This document shows, one piece after another, positions 20,190 to 30,025 of a stretch of DNA of 64,000 bases (the first letter of the stretch is position 1; each line of letters opens with the position of its first letter). Origin of the DNA: Escherichia phage ECML-4. A model generated the notes under the pieces. The model was not told where the DNA came from and searched no databases. It saw only the letters and a program-made list of their open reading frames with translations. The stretch lies in the sequence record JX128257. One strand, given 5' to 3'. Both the position numbers and the translations under genes were made by a program.

Positions 20190-20603
20190 TTATTTAATCT
20201 GGAGTTTTTCAGTCAATTGAGCAATAATTTCATTCCGGTCGGTAGAAACAATTCCCAAAGGTTCGGCCAATGTTTTAAGATCATTGATGTCAAGCAAGAG
20301 AAGGACTTCAACCGTAATATCGGTGGATACCACAGTGCCTGGTTTCATAGGCTTACCGAACTTGTCTAACCCATATCGACGTAAAGTACCCGCCAGCCCC
20401 GTAAGTTCCGCGAGAAGCTCCTTCGTGCCGTCTTTGTATTCACAGACCCAACCGTAGTCACCAGCATAAACGACGCCACCGTCGCCCCCCTGAGGGATGT
20501 TATCCACCACACGCTGGAGATAACTTGGGAGTTTGTTTTCTTCCTGGGCGGTGATTTCCTGGGAAGTTTGGGTATTTTCAATTTTCTTTGGTGTCTTCGC
20601 CAT
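20190..20603 (-). CDS. hypothetical protein
   Basis: start moved to the internal Met (MAKTPKK) to remove overlap with the upstream gene. Confidence 0.35.
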   Translation of the reverse strand: MAKTPKKIENTQTSQEITAQEENKLPSYLQRVVDNIPQGGDGGVVYAGDYGWVCEYKDGTKELLAELTGLAGTLRRYGLDKFGKPMKPGTVVSTDITVEVLLLLDINDLKTLAEPLGIVSTDRNEIIAQLTEKLQIK

Positions 20604-20877
20604 GATCAGTTCTCCTATAGACTGTAATGTATTTACCACAGCAATTGCAGCAATAAACGTGCATGGAATATCCGTCGTCATTGAAATCACACCCACCACA
20701 ACGACAGAACAATTTCACAAACTGGTCACCACTGACTTCTCTTGGAGGAAAATTCTTAAACGAGTATTCTCTGAGTTCACCCTCAAATTGGAATGAATCA
20801 ACAAGGAACTTTGTTTTTCGGCGCAGTGATCCAAATGCCTGTTGCTCATACACGAAGTAAACATCTCTGGTTTCCAT
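20578..20877 (-). CDS. Cys-rich zinc-ribbon-like protein
   Basis: 99 aa; CRCGGC ... CCNCCGKY cluster. Confidence 0.35.
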   Translation of the reverse strand: METRDVYFVYEQQAFGSLRRKTKFLVDSFQFEGELREYSFKNFPPREVSGDQFVKLFCRCGGCDFNDDGYSMHVYCCNCCGKYITVYRRTDHGEDTKEN

Positions 20878-20889
20878 ATTAACCTCAAA

Positions 20890-20912
20890 GAAAAGGAGGC
20901 CGAAGCCCCCTC
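20890..20912 (-). terminator. rho-independent terminator after rIIB candidate
   Basis: minus strand GGGGGC-TTCG-GCCTCC (one G-U pair) followed by TTTTCTTT. Confidence 0.5.
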
Positions 20913-20930
20913 TTTTATGTCAGTTCGCGG

Positions 20931-22514
20931 TTACTTGTACAGACCGTCAACGTCAATAGATTTATGTTGGCGGTTGTATTCCGTGGTATAGTCATCCAAC
21001 ACGAGATATTCACAGCAGCGGATTTTACTAGAACCGTAATCATCAGTGATAGACACGATGTCTTTCGGGTTCAGTTTACAACGCACAACCCGCTGGCCCA
21101 GGCTACCGAAACATTGTTTCAGATACGCCAGAGAACAAACGTGAAGACCATAGGAGCACAGGTCTTTGTTGTTATCGTTCACGAATGAGCGAGCCATCCG
21201 GACGATAGTGCCAGGTGCGTTGCTGACTTTACCTGTGCGCTTATCCATATAATTTCCGCGAACGGATTTGTATAGAATAATGTCGCCGTCTTCATGAATC
21301 TCAATGTCTGAGTATGCCATGAATTCATAGATCCGACCAGACTGAACCAGAGCAGCGCTCGGGTTTTGGAACATCTTGTCAAGGAAACGGCCCAAGCGTT
21401 CCAAGTTCGGATAATCGCCTTTTAATGCCAAAGCCAAAATGCGTTTGGCAACGGAAGTTCCGGTGATATCATATCCACCCCAGCGAACACGGTTGTCTGA
21501 AAGATCAACCATGCCTGTAGTGAATTGTTTGATGGCTTCACGCGGTTTCATCAGAGTGTAAGCTGTTTTGACGTCACGATTTTTAATCGCTTCAACAATA
21601 CGGTCATACGCCTGGTGGCTCGTTGTGATCGTTTCCGGTTTACCATCGACCACAATCACGATACTTTCCGGCAAAATCATGATCTGGTGTTCGTTCAGGA
21701 ACACAGACAGTTCTTTTTCATTAAATGAATTCTGAGTTTGCTTGTCGCCTGTTTCTTCAACAACTGCAACCGTCTTGACCACGAATAATACGGATGACAA
21801 TGCCAGACGAAGTGTACGGCCTAAAATTGCATCAAAGTAACCCACGCGCCGACGGGCATCAAGGGAACCGCGCATCGGATATGTTTCACCGTCATGCTGT
21901 ACGCTGATTTTCACACCATCATTGACTTTAACCACACCATCAACCAATGCAGTAGCCAGTTCTGCTAACGGCGAAATATTTTCTTCATTGAAGCGGCTTG
22001 ACCGAGTTTCTAACGGTTTCAGTTCTTCGCTTCTGAAAAGTTTGGCCTGAATAGCAGCAGAGCTATCATAACGCATACAGATAAACACTGTTTGGTTTTC
22101 CAGGAAACGGCCAACATACCATTCTTCGTCTTCAGAATCGACAGACACCGAACCTTCCAGAACTTCATAGGTGTCGGGGATTTTCCCTTCTTCAGTCAAT
22201 TCTTTAATTGGCGAAATCACGACCACGTTATTAGATTCTTTGATGATACGAACCATCAGGGCGCGGGCAATTGTTTTGGCACTGACACCATAAACTGATG
22301 CCAGAGAAGAATTGCTTTCACCTTTGCTGCTCTTGGTTTGTATTTCTTGAATCTGTTCAGTGGTCAGAGACTTAATCGAAGCCGGATCCACTCCCAGTTC
22401 TTTATCCGACACGCGTTGTATCATTGAGCGCGGTACGCCCAATTCACTGGCTATTGAACTTTGACTTCTGTTCTCATTCAACAGCTTGAGAATACGTTTT
22501 TCTATAGCATTCAT
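20931..22514 (-). CDS. rIIB: putative rIIB-like protein
   Basis: immediately downstream of the rIIA-like gene (T4-like synteny); N-terminal HTH-like segment (SIASELGVPRSMIQRV); 527 aa. Confidence 0.45.
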   Translation of the reverse strand: MNAIEKRILKLLNENRSQSSIASELGVPRSMIQRVSDKELGVDPASIKSLTTEQIQEIQTKSSKGESNSSLASVYGVSAKTIARALMVRIIKESNNVVVISPIKELTEEGKIPDTYEVLEGSVSVDSEDEEWYVGRFLENQTVFICMRYDSSAAIQAKLFRSEELKPLETRSSRFNEENISPLAELATALVDGVVKVNDGVKISVQHDGETYPMRGSLDARRRVGYFDAILGRTLRLALSSVLFVVKTVAVVEETGDKQTQNSFNEKELSVFLNEHQIMILPESIVIVVDGKPETITTSHQAYDRIVEAIKNRDVKTAYTLMKPREAIKQFTTGMVDLSDNRVRWGGYDITGTSVAKRILALALKGDYPNLERLGRFLDKMFQNPSAALVQSGRIYEFMAYSDIEIHEDGDIILYKSVRGNYMDKRTGKVSNAPGTIVRMARSFVNDNNKDLCSYGLHVCSLAYLKQCFGSLGQRVVRCKLNPKDIVSITDDYGSSKIRCCEYLVLDDYTTEYNRQHKSIDVDGLYK

Positions 22515-22546
22515 CTTGTAGTTCTCACTGTGGGGTAATGGGGCTA

Positions 22547-25288
22547 TTATGCCCCGAGAATACGTTTTGAAATAGCCTTCACAAATCTAGTGGCATCTTC
22601 AATCGCATTATGCGCCGTTGGCTGATATTTTGACATCATGAATTTCACCAAACGATGACATTCAACTCGGTATCGGTTTTTGGCCTTTTGCTTTTGAGAT
22701 ATAGTGCTAGTGACCTTTATCTCATCAAATCCTTCAGCAGTTAATTTTTCATTCAATAAATCAACAACTTGAGTTAACTGGTTACAGGCGCGGAAAAATC
22801 TCGTAGTTGAGAAAGGCATTTCTATACGATAATGTAATTCCTCAACAGCCTTGCGGAAATAACCGTACCCCGATCCAGACGGGTTTCGTTTGGCCAGCAT
22901 ACGAACAACCTTCCATTCTTCTTCAGTGATTTGTTGTTTCGCATAACCGATGATTGCTTTTGCCCTGTGTTGATGATGAGCATAGCCATCCGTAACTTCT
23001 CCATGGGAATCAATCAACAGCTTGGCACCATAATCAATGCGATGAGACATGATGTTTATGCCCTTGCGAAGTTTCAGGAGTTTCTTAGATTCAAGCGCCT
23101 GAAATTCATCTTTATAATGCTCAAGCAACATATCAAACACTGCGTCAATGGGGATGAATACTTCTGGGAATTTCTTCATCATCGGAACAGATTTACGACG
23201 CGCAAGAACGATTGTTGGATGCGCTCCCAGCAAATCAAACATGTTTTCGTTTCCATTCTCGCCGAACTTCGTTCTTTCCATCGCTTCACGCAAATGTCCA
23301 GCCGTGGATTGTCGTAAGGTATTACCATGAATTTTATGGATACCTTCTCGGCCAGATACTTCGATATATACGATCTTTTTGCCTGAATCAATAATATCTG
23401 AAACGGTTTTTCCATCCAATTCATAAACGCTGTCGAAGTTAAATGAATTGTAATGGAAACTAAACATCCCAGGATCTTTTTCAACGGTCGGGCGAACATA
23501 TTCCATTTCATGCATGAAATAAACTTCATCCGGATTGAATAAATCGCCAAAAACCTCGATCAGTTTATCGGCAAAGACCAGGTAGTCCGGTGTTGTTTCT
23601 TGTACACCGATCCATGATTCAAAATAAGACTTCAATTCCTCATGGTTGGTGAATGATTCTTTATGTGCCGCCAGCTGATTCCGATTACTGAAATAATTTT
23701 CATTCGGTTTGACGACGATAACGACATTGAAGTTATTACGTGCTGTTTGTATCTTCAGGTTTCGAGCACGATTCGAGTTATCAATAATAACAGCAATTTT
23801 TGATTTAGATTTCAACCAATTTCCGACAGAGTTCACATAAATGCTGTCGTGTACTACACCGTCGTCGTGTACTTCAATTTCGTAAGGACTACCAATAGAC
23901 CGGAAAGGTGCATCCACAGAGTAATCGCGCACGACGTCCGGCGCTCCGATATAACGGAACGTGCCTTTGTAGAAACGGTTATCTGCAGGAAATTCTCGCT
24001 CCACTAATTTACGGAAACCGCTACCGAACATATCGGTCAATTGAGCCTTCTTCATATAAAGCATAAGAGGACCCATAGATTCGGCCTGGCGAAGTTCATA
24101 CATCTTCGCCTGCATAATATTGTCAGCCACATATTTGAACACTCGGTTCAGGCTTTCACGGGTGAACTCGTCATATGACAAGTCTTCACGTGATGGAGGA
24201 ACATTCAATTCTCCAAGTTCAAAGAATGTATAGGAACTCGGGAATTTCTCCAGCACCGAACGTATTTCAGAATCCAATTGCTCAAGATCTATCGGATAAG
24301 AAACCCCGCCCATAACAGCATAGTGGGTATTATCAGAATCAGACTTCGGCTGAATATACGTGTTGCCCACACGGTTTTCAAAATTGATGTCCTGCCAGCG
24401 GAAAGAATAACTGGCATTTTCAACCTTCGGGCGCATTGATGGGCGCATAACTCGACCCAGACGGACCAGTTCTTGTTCAAATGCAGTAAATCGCTGATTC
24501 TTTACAGGCACTTTAACAGTCAGACCATTGAACTCATCAGTGTCTTCTGGTTTCGGATCACGGGTGTCCAAATCCTTGGTGATCAGGTCCACAGTAGGAA
24601 TCCTGTCCGCATTCAGATACATAAGGAAGCGATACAGTTTACCTTCATAACGACTTTCTACAGTAAATGAGTCCGACACTGCAAATGGGGATTTAGAACC
24701 CAGCCCGAACGCGCCGATCTGCCCGTCGTCGTCCTCTTTGGTGCTATGGAAGAGTGTTGTGTACAAACCAGGTCCACGGATGATCTCGCCGTCCTCAGCG
24801 CGGAATACCAACACCCCATTGTAATAACCAGGCGTCCCAATAACAGCAGTGCTGTCAGGGATTTCATCTTCCTTCACAACAATGTTGCCTTCGACAAGCA
24901 CTTCATCTTCCCGCGCTGCGATAGGTTCACCGATAATCATTTCTAACGGAAGGCCAATCCCATAATCCTTGATTTCCAGCCATGGTTCCATAACATCAGG
25001 TAAATGGACCACAACGGGCGTCCCTTTGGGAGCAAGATGCTTGCTGTATCTTTGGGGCATAGGGGTAAGAGGGGCATAATGGGACGGCAACCAACGCTGT
25101 TGGCGATCACGCATATTATGCGAGTCTATACCGTTACATAACGTCTCACGCAAAGATGCGGCCTCTTTATATTTGTAGAGACTTGAGAACAATGTTTCAA
25201 ATAATTTATCCGTCATCTTGACATTAAATGTCTGTCCGACGATAGTGGAAGAAGAGCGCACGAAATGCTCAGACTTGCGCATTTTCAT
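22547..25288 (-). CDS. rIIA: rIIA-like protein with N-terminal GHKL ATPase domain
   Basis: GHKL N-box ETLCNGIDSH, G1 box KDYGIGL, G2 box GAFGLGSKS; 913 aa; adjacent rIIB candidate. Confidence 0.6.
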   Translation of the reverse strand: MKMRKSEHFVRSSSTIVGQTFNVKMTDKLFETLFSSLYKYKEAASLRETLCNGIDSHNMRDRQQRWLPSHYAPLTPMPQRYSKHLAPKGTPVVVHLPDVMEPWLEIKDYGIGLPLEMIIGEPIAAREDEVLVEGNIVVKEDEIPDSTAVIGTPGYYNGVLVFRAEDGEIIRGPGLYTTLFHSTKEDDDGQIGAFGLGSKSPFAVSDSFTVESRYEGKLYRFLMYLNADRIPTVDLITKDLDTRDPKPEDTDEFNGLTVKVPVKNQRFTAFEQELVRLGRVMRPSMRPKVENASYSFRWQDINFENRVGNTYIQPKSDSDNTHYAVMGGVSYPIDLEQLDSEIRSVLEKFPSSYTFFELGELNVPPSREDLSYDEFTRESLNRVFKYVADNIMQAKMYELRQAESMGPLMLYMKKAQLTDMFGSGFRKLVEREFPADNRFYKGTFRYIGAPDVVRDYSVDAPFRSIGSPYEIEVHDDGVVHDSIYVNSVGNWLKSKSKIAVIIDNSNRARNLKIQTARNNFNVVIVVKPNENYFSNRNQLAAHKESFTNHEELKSYFESWIGVQETTPDYLVFADKLIEVFGDLFNPDEVYFMHEMEYVRPTVEKDPGMFSFHYNSFNFDSVYELDGKTVSDIIDSGKKIVYIEVSGREGIHKIHGNTLRQSTAGHLREAMERTKFGENGNENMFDLLGAHPTIVLARRKSVPMMKKFPEVFIPIDAVFDMLLEHYKDEFQALESKKLLKLRKGINIMSHRIDYGAKLLIDSHGEVTDGYAHHQHRAKAIIGYAKQQITEEEWKVVRMLAKRNPSGSGYGYFRKAVEELHYRIEMPFSTTRFFRACNQLTQVVDLLNEKLTAEGFDEIKVTSTISQKQKAKNRYRVECHRLVKFMMSKYQPTAHNAIEDATRFVKAISKRILGA

Positions 25289-25364
25289 AGTATAGAATTC
25301 CTATTCAGTTTCAAAGGGAACACATTATTGGGGTATGGGTATGATACTAGCGGGGGACTCAATA

Positions 25365-25388
25365 GAAAAAAGCCTCCAAAAGGAGGCT
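25365..25388 (-). terminator. rho-independent terminator upstream of rIIA
   Basis: minus strand AGCCTCC-TTTT-GGAGGCT followed by TTTTTT. Confidence 0.6.
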
Positions 25389-25397
25389 TAATCAGGT

Positions 25398-25751
25398 TTA
25401 ACTCTGGTCTACATTTACAACGGCAGCGTTAAAGTTGAATGTCGGATGGGTAGCGCCTGGCTCTAACGTTTCTTCCAGATAACCCGCGATATTCCGCACC
25501 ACGGTTTTAGGCTCAGAACGTGAAGGCTTCGTTGCTCCAAGTTCAATGATACTGGAAGTAACTTGTTCGACTTGGGTGTGAGCCACAACAAAATGGTAAC
25601 GACTACCAAACGCCGCCACTTCAACTTCTGTAATTTCCAAACCACTCAATTCAGAGCTGCTCAACTGCTTCACATTCAGTTGTGAACGAAGGTGTTCCAC
25701 AATGTTGCTATAAACATATTGTGGCGTGATCAGCTGTTCAATAGAACTCAT
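25398..25751 (-). CDS. hypothetical protein
   Basis: 117 aa ORF; terminator hairpin downstream. Confidence 0.4.
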   Translation of the reverse strand: MSSIEQLITPQYVYSNIVEHLRSQLNVKQLSSSELSGLEITEVEVAAFGSRYHFVVAHTQVEQVTSSIIELGATKPSRSEPKTVVRNIAGYLEETLEPGATHPTFNFNAAVVNVDQS

Positions 25752-26038
25752 GACATATCCTCATTTCTTTGGGGGTTATTGTTACTTAACCGGACGACCT
25801 CTGCTCGAAGGAAAAGGATTTCATCGGCCATTATCTTTCCCTCTTCAAACATCACATGGCAACGTGATAATCTGGGTTCGCCTTCAGATAATGCGTGAAG
25901 ACGATATTCAGGGATGACATCATTTACGACGTTTCTTTTTGTTCTTTCCATGGATCTTGGCCTTTTTAGGACGACTAACGGAAGGACGGGCATGCCCAGG
26001 CTCCCCAGGGGTACAACCTTGGGCATAACGTTGGTCAT
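25748..26038 (-). CDS. hypothetical protein (frame and start uncertain)
   Basis: 96 aa ORF; a second frame (25920-26126) competes. Confidence 0.25.
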   Translation of the reverse strand: MTNVMPKVVPLGSLGMPVLPLVVLKRPRSMERTKRNVVNDVIPEYRLHALSEGEPRLSRCHVMFEEGKIMADEILFLRAEVVRLSNNNPQRNEDMS

Positions 26039-26118
26039 CCCAGAGGCGTCCTTTGTGAGACATATCTTCAGCCATCGCGGACAAGGCGAGGGTTGCTACA
26101 GCCGCAGCAGATAATGGT

Positions 26119-26565
26119 TTAGACATCTGTTTCTCCTTTTGCTGCATATGCCAGTGCTTTTACAATCATCACGGCCAATCCGATTGGGTCGCACGTACCT
26201 TCGAATTCTTGTTCTAAAATCTCACGTATTTCATCAGAAGATTGTACTTCGGAGCAGTTCTTGCTCTGTCGACGTTGTTCTTGCTCAACGAGGTCTTTGA
26301 ACAGAAGGTCTTTGAAAGAATACTCATCGAAGTTTTCCAGATACTGCTGGATACTTGGTTGTTTCGCATCCATCGTTCTACGCAGATTGCTGATAGTTGT
26401 ACTCGCCTGTTCGCGGTGTTTGTTCATAACGGAAAAGTTCACGGGTTTTCCCCAAGCGTTCGTCACTGTGTTGGAACATACTTGTCCGAAGAGATCTTGG
26501 AAGGCGTCATCCAGATGAATCAGCGCGGCGGCCAGTTCATCATAAGTTGGTTTTTGAGCAGTCAT
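26119..26565 (-). CDS. hypothetical protein
   Basis: 148 aa ORF. Confidence 0.4.
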   Translation of the reverse strand: MTAQKPTYDELAAALIHLDDAFQDLFGQVCSNTVTNAWGKPVNFSVMNKHREQASTTISNLRRTMDAKQPSIQQYLENFDEYSFKDLLFKDLVEQEQRRQSKNCSEVQSSDEIREILEQEFEGTCDPIGLAVMIVKALAYAAKGETDV

Positions 26566-26945
26566 TTTCGTTTATTCCTATTTTTAGATTTCTTGGCTTG
26601 ACGTTTATGCTGAGCGGCTCCATACAAGCGCGGAGGCTTTTGATAACGCTGTGAGGCAATTATATCCCTGTAGTCGGCTTCGGCTTCACAGCAAGAAACA
26701 TCCGTTCTTCGTAATTGCGCGACCGCTTGTGACACCAGCATTTTACGTTCGCTTTCTACCAGGTCATCACAAATTATCATGCGCTCGCCTGGTTCACAAC
26801 GACGTTTGGGAATGTCGTCAACACTGATGCATTCCACCTCAACGCCTTTCAATTTTTCTTGAAGGATGATGGCCATAGTACGAGCGCCCACCCCTCCTCC
26901 AATAATTGCAATCTTTCTTGGCTTGTCAGACATAATACATTCCAT
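26562..26945 (-). CDS. small protein with Rossmann-like dinucleotide-binding motif
   Basis: KIAIIGGGVGARTMAII (G-x-G-x2-G/A) near N-terminus; 127 aa with Lys/Arg-rich tail. Confidence 0.3.
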   Translation of the reverse strand: MECIMSDKPRKIAIIGGGVGARTMAIILQEKLKGVEVECISVDDIPKRRCEPGERMIICDDLVESERKMLVSQAVAQLRRTDVSCCEAEADYRDIIASQRYQKPPRLYGAAQHKRQAKKSKNRNKRK

Positions 26946-26953
26946 AAAAAAGA

Positions 26954-26994
26954 GGATAGAGCAATAATACCCTATCCCCCTTTATTGAAGAACG
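26954..26994 (-). terminator. terminator hairpin within a repeated intergenic element
   Basis: GGATAG...CTATCC hairpin plus shared 14-mer TTTATTGAAGAACG (plus-strand reading), also present at 29792-29805. Confidence 0.45.
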
Positions 26995-26995
26995 A

Positions 26996-27421
26996 TTAGT
27001 CTTTGGATTCTACTTTATCACCACGCAGATCCTGGACGGGTTTGCCATCCGGCGACATGATGTAGATGGTGTTAATTGTTTCAAACCAAGACAGTTCATC
27101 AACTCCTTCAGTGTATGGAGTTACCGGAACTGAAGTTTTGATATGATCACCAACGTTATTTGGGGCACCATCAGACTTCAGCACTGGCTCCAGGAAGGCG
27201 AAACGACCATTTGGATAAATCACCCCGCCTTTGAACATGCGAATCTTCTTGCGAGGGTTGTTAGCCTCACCAAGACACACCACCAGATGATGAATCATCT
27301 CAGGGCGGGTGAGCAACGTGTCGTCACGGATGATCCCCTGTTTGATAGCAGAGATCACCACTTCATCCAACAAAGCCTGTTGCTGTTCCAGAGTCAAAGA
27401 TTCAGTAAGTTTCACGCTCAT
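26996..27421 (-). CDS. hypothetical protein
   Basis: 141 aa ORF. Confidence 0.4.
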   Translation of the reverse strand: MSVKLTESLTLEQQQALLDEVVISAIKQGIIRDDTLLTRPEMIHHLVVCLGEANNPRKKIRMFKGGVIYPNGRFAFLEPVLKSDGAPNNVGDHIKTSVPVTPYTEGVDELSWFETINTIYIMSPDGKPVQDLRGDKVESKD

Positions 27422-27424
27422 GGT

Positions 27425-27994
27425 CTAACCTTTGAAATTAATTGGGTTCTGAACCCCAGAGTCAAACGCGGCCTGGGTACGGGTATCGCTCACCACCTGA
27501 CAGGTCTTTTCGAGATCGATGCGAGGGTATCCAAAGATGCCAGCAATGACAGATCCAGGGAACTGGCCGAGTTTGGTTTCATAGATAGCACACGCATCTA
27601 ATTTCTTTGTCTGGCTGATACGGAATTCATCACGTCCTGAACTGATGACCACCTGAATTTCTTTGTACAGGCTTGAATCAAACTGGATGTTCTGTTCCTG
27701 GATCCATTGCATAACCGCCTTTGAACCATCAGCACCATAACGACCCTGGAAAGTATCTTTGATCACTTCTTTCAGACCGTCTTTGTACAGGCCAGGTATC
27801 TGAGCCGTCTCTTGTACTTTGTTTGTATAGTTGCTCAGATGGTTTTCAGAATCTTTATTGAACTTTTTGACTTGCTGTTCAATACGATTGAAATCATTGA
27901 AATAACTGACGAAACTACCAACACCGATTACAACAAAAGCCAGAATCGCCAAACCGATGATCCAACCAATTGAAATACCTTTACGCTGCGACAT
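27425..27994 (-). CDS. LemA family membrane protein
   Basis: N-terminal TM helix; C-terminal YETKLGQFPGSVIAGIFGY matches the LemA Y-N-x-FPGS-x2-A-x2-FGF signature. Confidence 0.6.
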   Translation of the reverse strand: MSQRKGISIGWIIGLAILAFVVIGVGSFVSYFNDFNRIEQQVKKFNKDSENHLSNYTNKVQETAQIPGLYKDGLKEVIKDTFQGRYGADGSKAVMQWIQEQNIQFDSSLYKEIQVVISSGRDEFRISQTKKLDACAIYETKLGQFPGSVIAGIFGYPRIDLEKTCQVVSDTRTQAAFDSGVQNPINFKG

Positions 27995-28009
27995 CTTTAC
28001 TTCCTCTTG

Positions 28010-29119
28010 TTAAAACAAACGTTTGTAAGTGCGACCATTGTACTGCATATGGCCTAATATGAAAATTGCGGTAAACGGAACACAACCTAATAAAACGACG
28101 ATAATCACTTCCCATGTCTTGAGGTCACGCCATTTCAGATACTCCATTTCCTTCATTTCAACACGGTTATAGCCTTTGCTGATATTGACTGCAACTTCTT
28201 GGAATACTGATATCCCCATGGGTTTGCCAGTCAATGAAAGACCGTTTCGGGAATGAAGTTCCATGTTATTCATCCCATCAGCAAATGACGTGGATTTACC
28301 CCAATTGATTTTCATATCCTTCGATATGTCAGTAACCACAATGACATCGTTCTTTTTACCACCAGACCATGCATATAGCAGCCCCTGAAAATATTCCACA
28401 GGCTGGCCAGAAGTCACTACCCACACGATATTGACCTGACGTGATGCCCCCAATGTTTTCAAAGTGTTGTTCAGATAATCATTCCAATAATCAACGGGAA
28501 TATCCATCCCTGACATATTCAGAACACGAGTCACCCGATAATAATCATACACCCTTGGATATGACGGGATATGGTCTTTGAACTTCTCAGCGAATTGTTG
28601 GTCAGATTTGGAGAATAAAGAATCCTTGTTCCCTAGAACATAGTTCATATATGCATGTTCACGCGCTGCAGGTTCTCCGATTTTAACTTGCGCCCAACGC
28701 GGGGGCTCTGTAGTACCCTGACGATCAATACGGTCAATGCTCAGATCACCGACGGATGTTAATACGTCCCAATCAACGTCATAAGAGTGCTCATAGCACG
28801 TGCTGCAATGACGCGTTTGTGTACAAGATCGGTTATTTCCTGAACCAGAGCAAGAAGTTGTGTAATAGCACATACATTCATAAGAATGGCTACAACCCAC
28901 CTTATTTCGTTGCTTGTCAGTAACGTATCCATTCAAAATTTCAACATCTCCCGAACTACCCAGGGAAAATGCAGCGTATGCTCCCGCCTGGATAAGACAG
29001 GATAATACAACCACTATCGCAGTAGCAATTAGCGTTTCTTTTGGTTCATGGGTTTTGCGATGGTAAACCACGAACAATATGGCTAAAATAATAGGGACCA
29101 CAAACAGAAGGTAAATCAT
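28010..29119 (-). CDS. membrane protein (two N-terminal TM helices, Cys-rich ectodomain, C-terminal TM)
   Basis: 369 aa; hydrophobic helices at both termini; Cys cluster (CSHSYECMCYYTTSCSG...CTQTRHCSTC). Confidence 0.45.
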   Translation of the reverse strand: MIYLLFVVPIILAILFVVYHRKTHEPKETLIATAIVVVLSCLIQAGAYAAFSLGSSGDVEILNGYVTDKQRNKVGCSHSYECMCYYTTSCSGSGNNRSCTQTRHCSTCYEHSYDVDWDVLTSVGDLSIDRIDRQGTTEPPRWAQVKIGEPAAREHAYMNYVLGNKDSLFSKSDQQFAEKFKDHIPSYPRVYDYYRVTRVLNMSGMDIPVDYWNDYLNNTLKTLGASRQVNIVWVVTSGQPVEYFQGLLYAWSGGKKNDVIVVTDISKDMKINWGKSTSFADGMNNMELHSRNGLSLTGKPMGISVFQEVAVNISKGYNRVEMKEMEYLKWRDLKTWEVIIVVLLGCVPFTAIFILGHMQYNGRTYKRLF

Positions 29120-29502
29120 AACACACCATCCACGAGTTGTTCCTTCGTCATACCAAGAAGTTGATTTTTATGACCTGATTCAGCTCCATTTTTCAACAAC
29201 AGATCCCAACGTTCTTCATGATACTGTGGAGTCATTGCATCGTCAAAAGAAACATGGTGGCGATGCATAATTGTTGCAACGGTATGAAGAACGATTGCTG
29301 TCGCTCTTTTTAAAGCACGTGTATCAGTGATATGGTCTTCATATTCAATACCCATCAAATCGAGTTCTTTCCGAATATATGCAATAGACAAATCACCTTC
29401 AGAATGCAATTTAACAATAGTCGCTTTCTTAGGATGTAACACGCCGTCTGTTTCTTTCATGAACAGATCGTACAAATATTGTTTGTATTCGGGGCGCATC
29501 AT
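29116..29502 (-). CDS. hypothetical protein
   Basis: 128 aa ORF, 4-nt overlaps. Confidence 0.4.
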   Translation of the reverse strand: MMRPEYKQYLYDLFMKETDGVLHPKKATIVKLHSEGDLSIAYIRKELDLMGIEYEDHITDTRALKRATAIVLHTVATIMHRHHVSFDDAMTPQYHEERWDLLLKNGAESGHKNQLLGMTKEQLVDGVL

Positions 29503-29738
29503 CTCGTAATCCCTCCGGCACAGATAATATTCAGTTCACCGCGACGGAAACCGCCTTGCCCATCGTCCAACTTAGTCAGAGGTGTATGTGCATCTCGAAC
29601 TTTCTGAGCGAACTCTTCCGACACCACCAGATGACCCATCAGAGGAGTCTTTTCTTGTTTTGGGGTGGATTCAAAATAGTCACCGAACGTCGCTTCCATA
29701 TCCAGCACAGACATATCTTCAATTCGTTGCATTGCCAT
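29499..29738 (-). CDS. hypothetical protein
   Basis: 79 aa; ATG at 29738 preceded by AAGGAAATACATC, the same initiation context as gene 38210. Confidence 0.4.
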   Translation of the reverse strand: MAMQRIEDMSVLDMEATFGDYFESTPKQEKTPLMGHLVVSEEFAQKVRDAHTPLTKLDDGQGGFRRGELNIICAGGITR

Positions 29739-29819
29739 GATGTATTTCCTTGTAAAAGAAAGGGGAACGGGCTAATAATAACCCATTCCCCTTTATTGAA
29801 GAACGCAATCGCAGTCAGA

Positions 29820-29996
29820 TTACTTTTTCTTCAGCTCTTCCAGCTTGGCTTCAATTTGGTCCAGAATCTCTTTACCTTTCTGGACGATGGCTTCACCGTC
29901 TTGCGCGTGTTTACGAAAAACCAGAGCGCCAGCAATGAAACCAACAACCACGCCTGGGAGCGCATACACCAACAGATCTTGTAACATGATTTATAT
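29820..29996 (-). CDS. small single-pass membrane protein (58 aa; not in ORF track)
   Basis: hand translation MLQDLLVYALPGVVVGFIAGALVFRKHAQDGEAIVQKGKEILDQIEAKLEELKKK; GAGGA SD 8 nt upstream of ATG; terminator downstream. Confidence 0.4.
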
Positions 29997-30025
29997 CCTC
30001 ACTTTTATAAGCAAGGATATTTATA

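Noticed and set aside
25920-26147. 75-aa ORF with Lys-rich tail, alternative frame to 25748-26038
   Set aside because: Overlaps another same-strand ORF in a different frame; cannot decide between them without coding-potential statistics, so only one low-confidence CDS was kept
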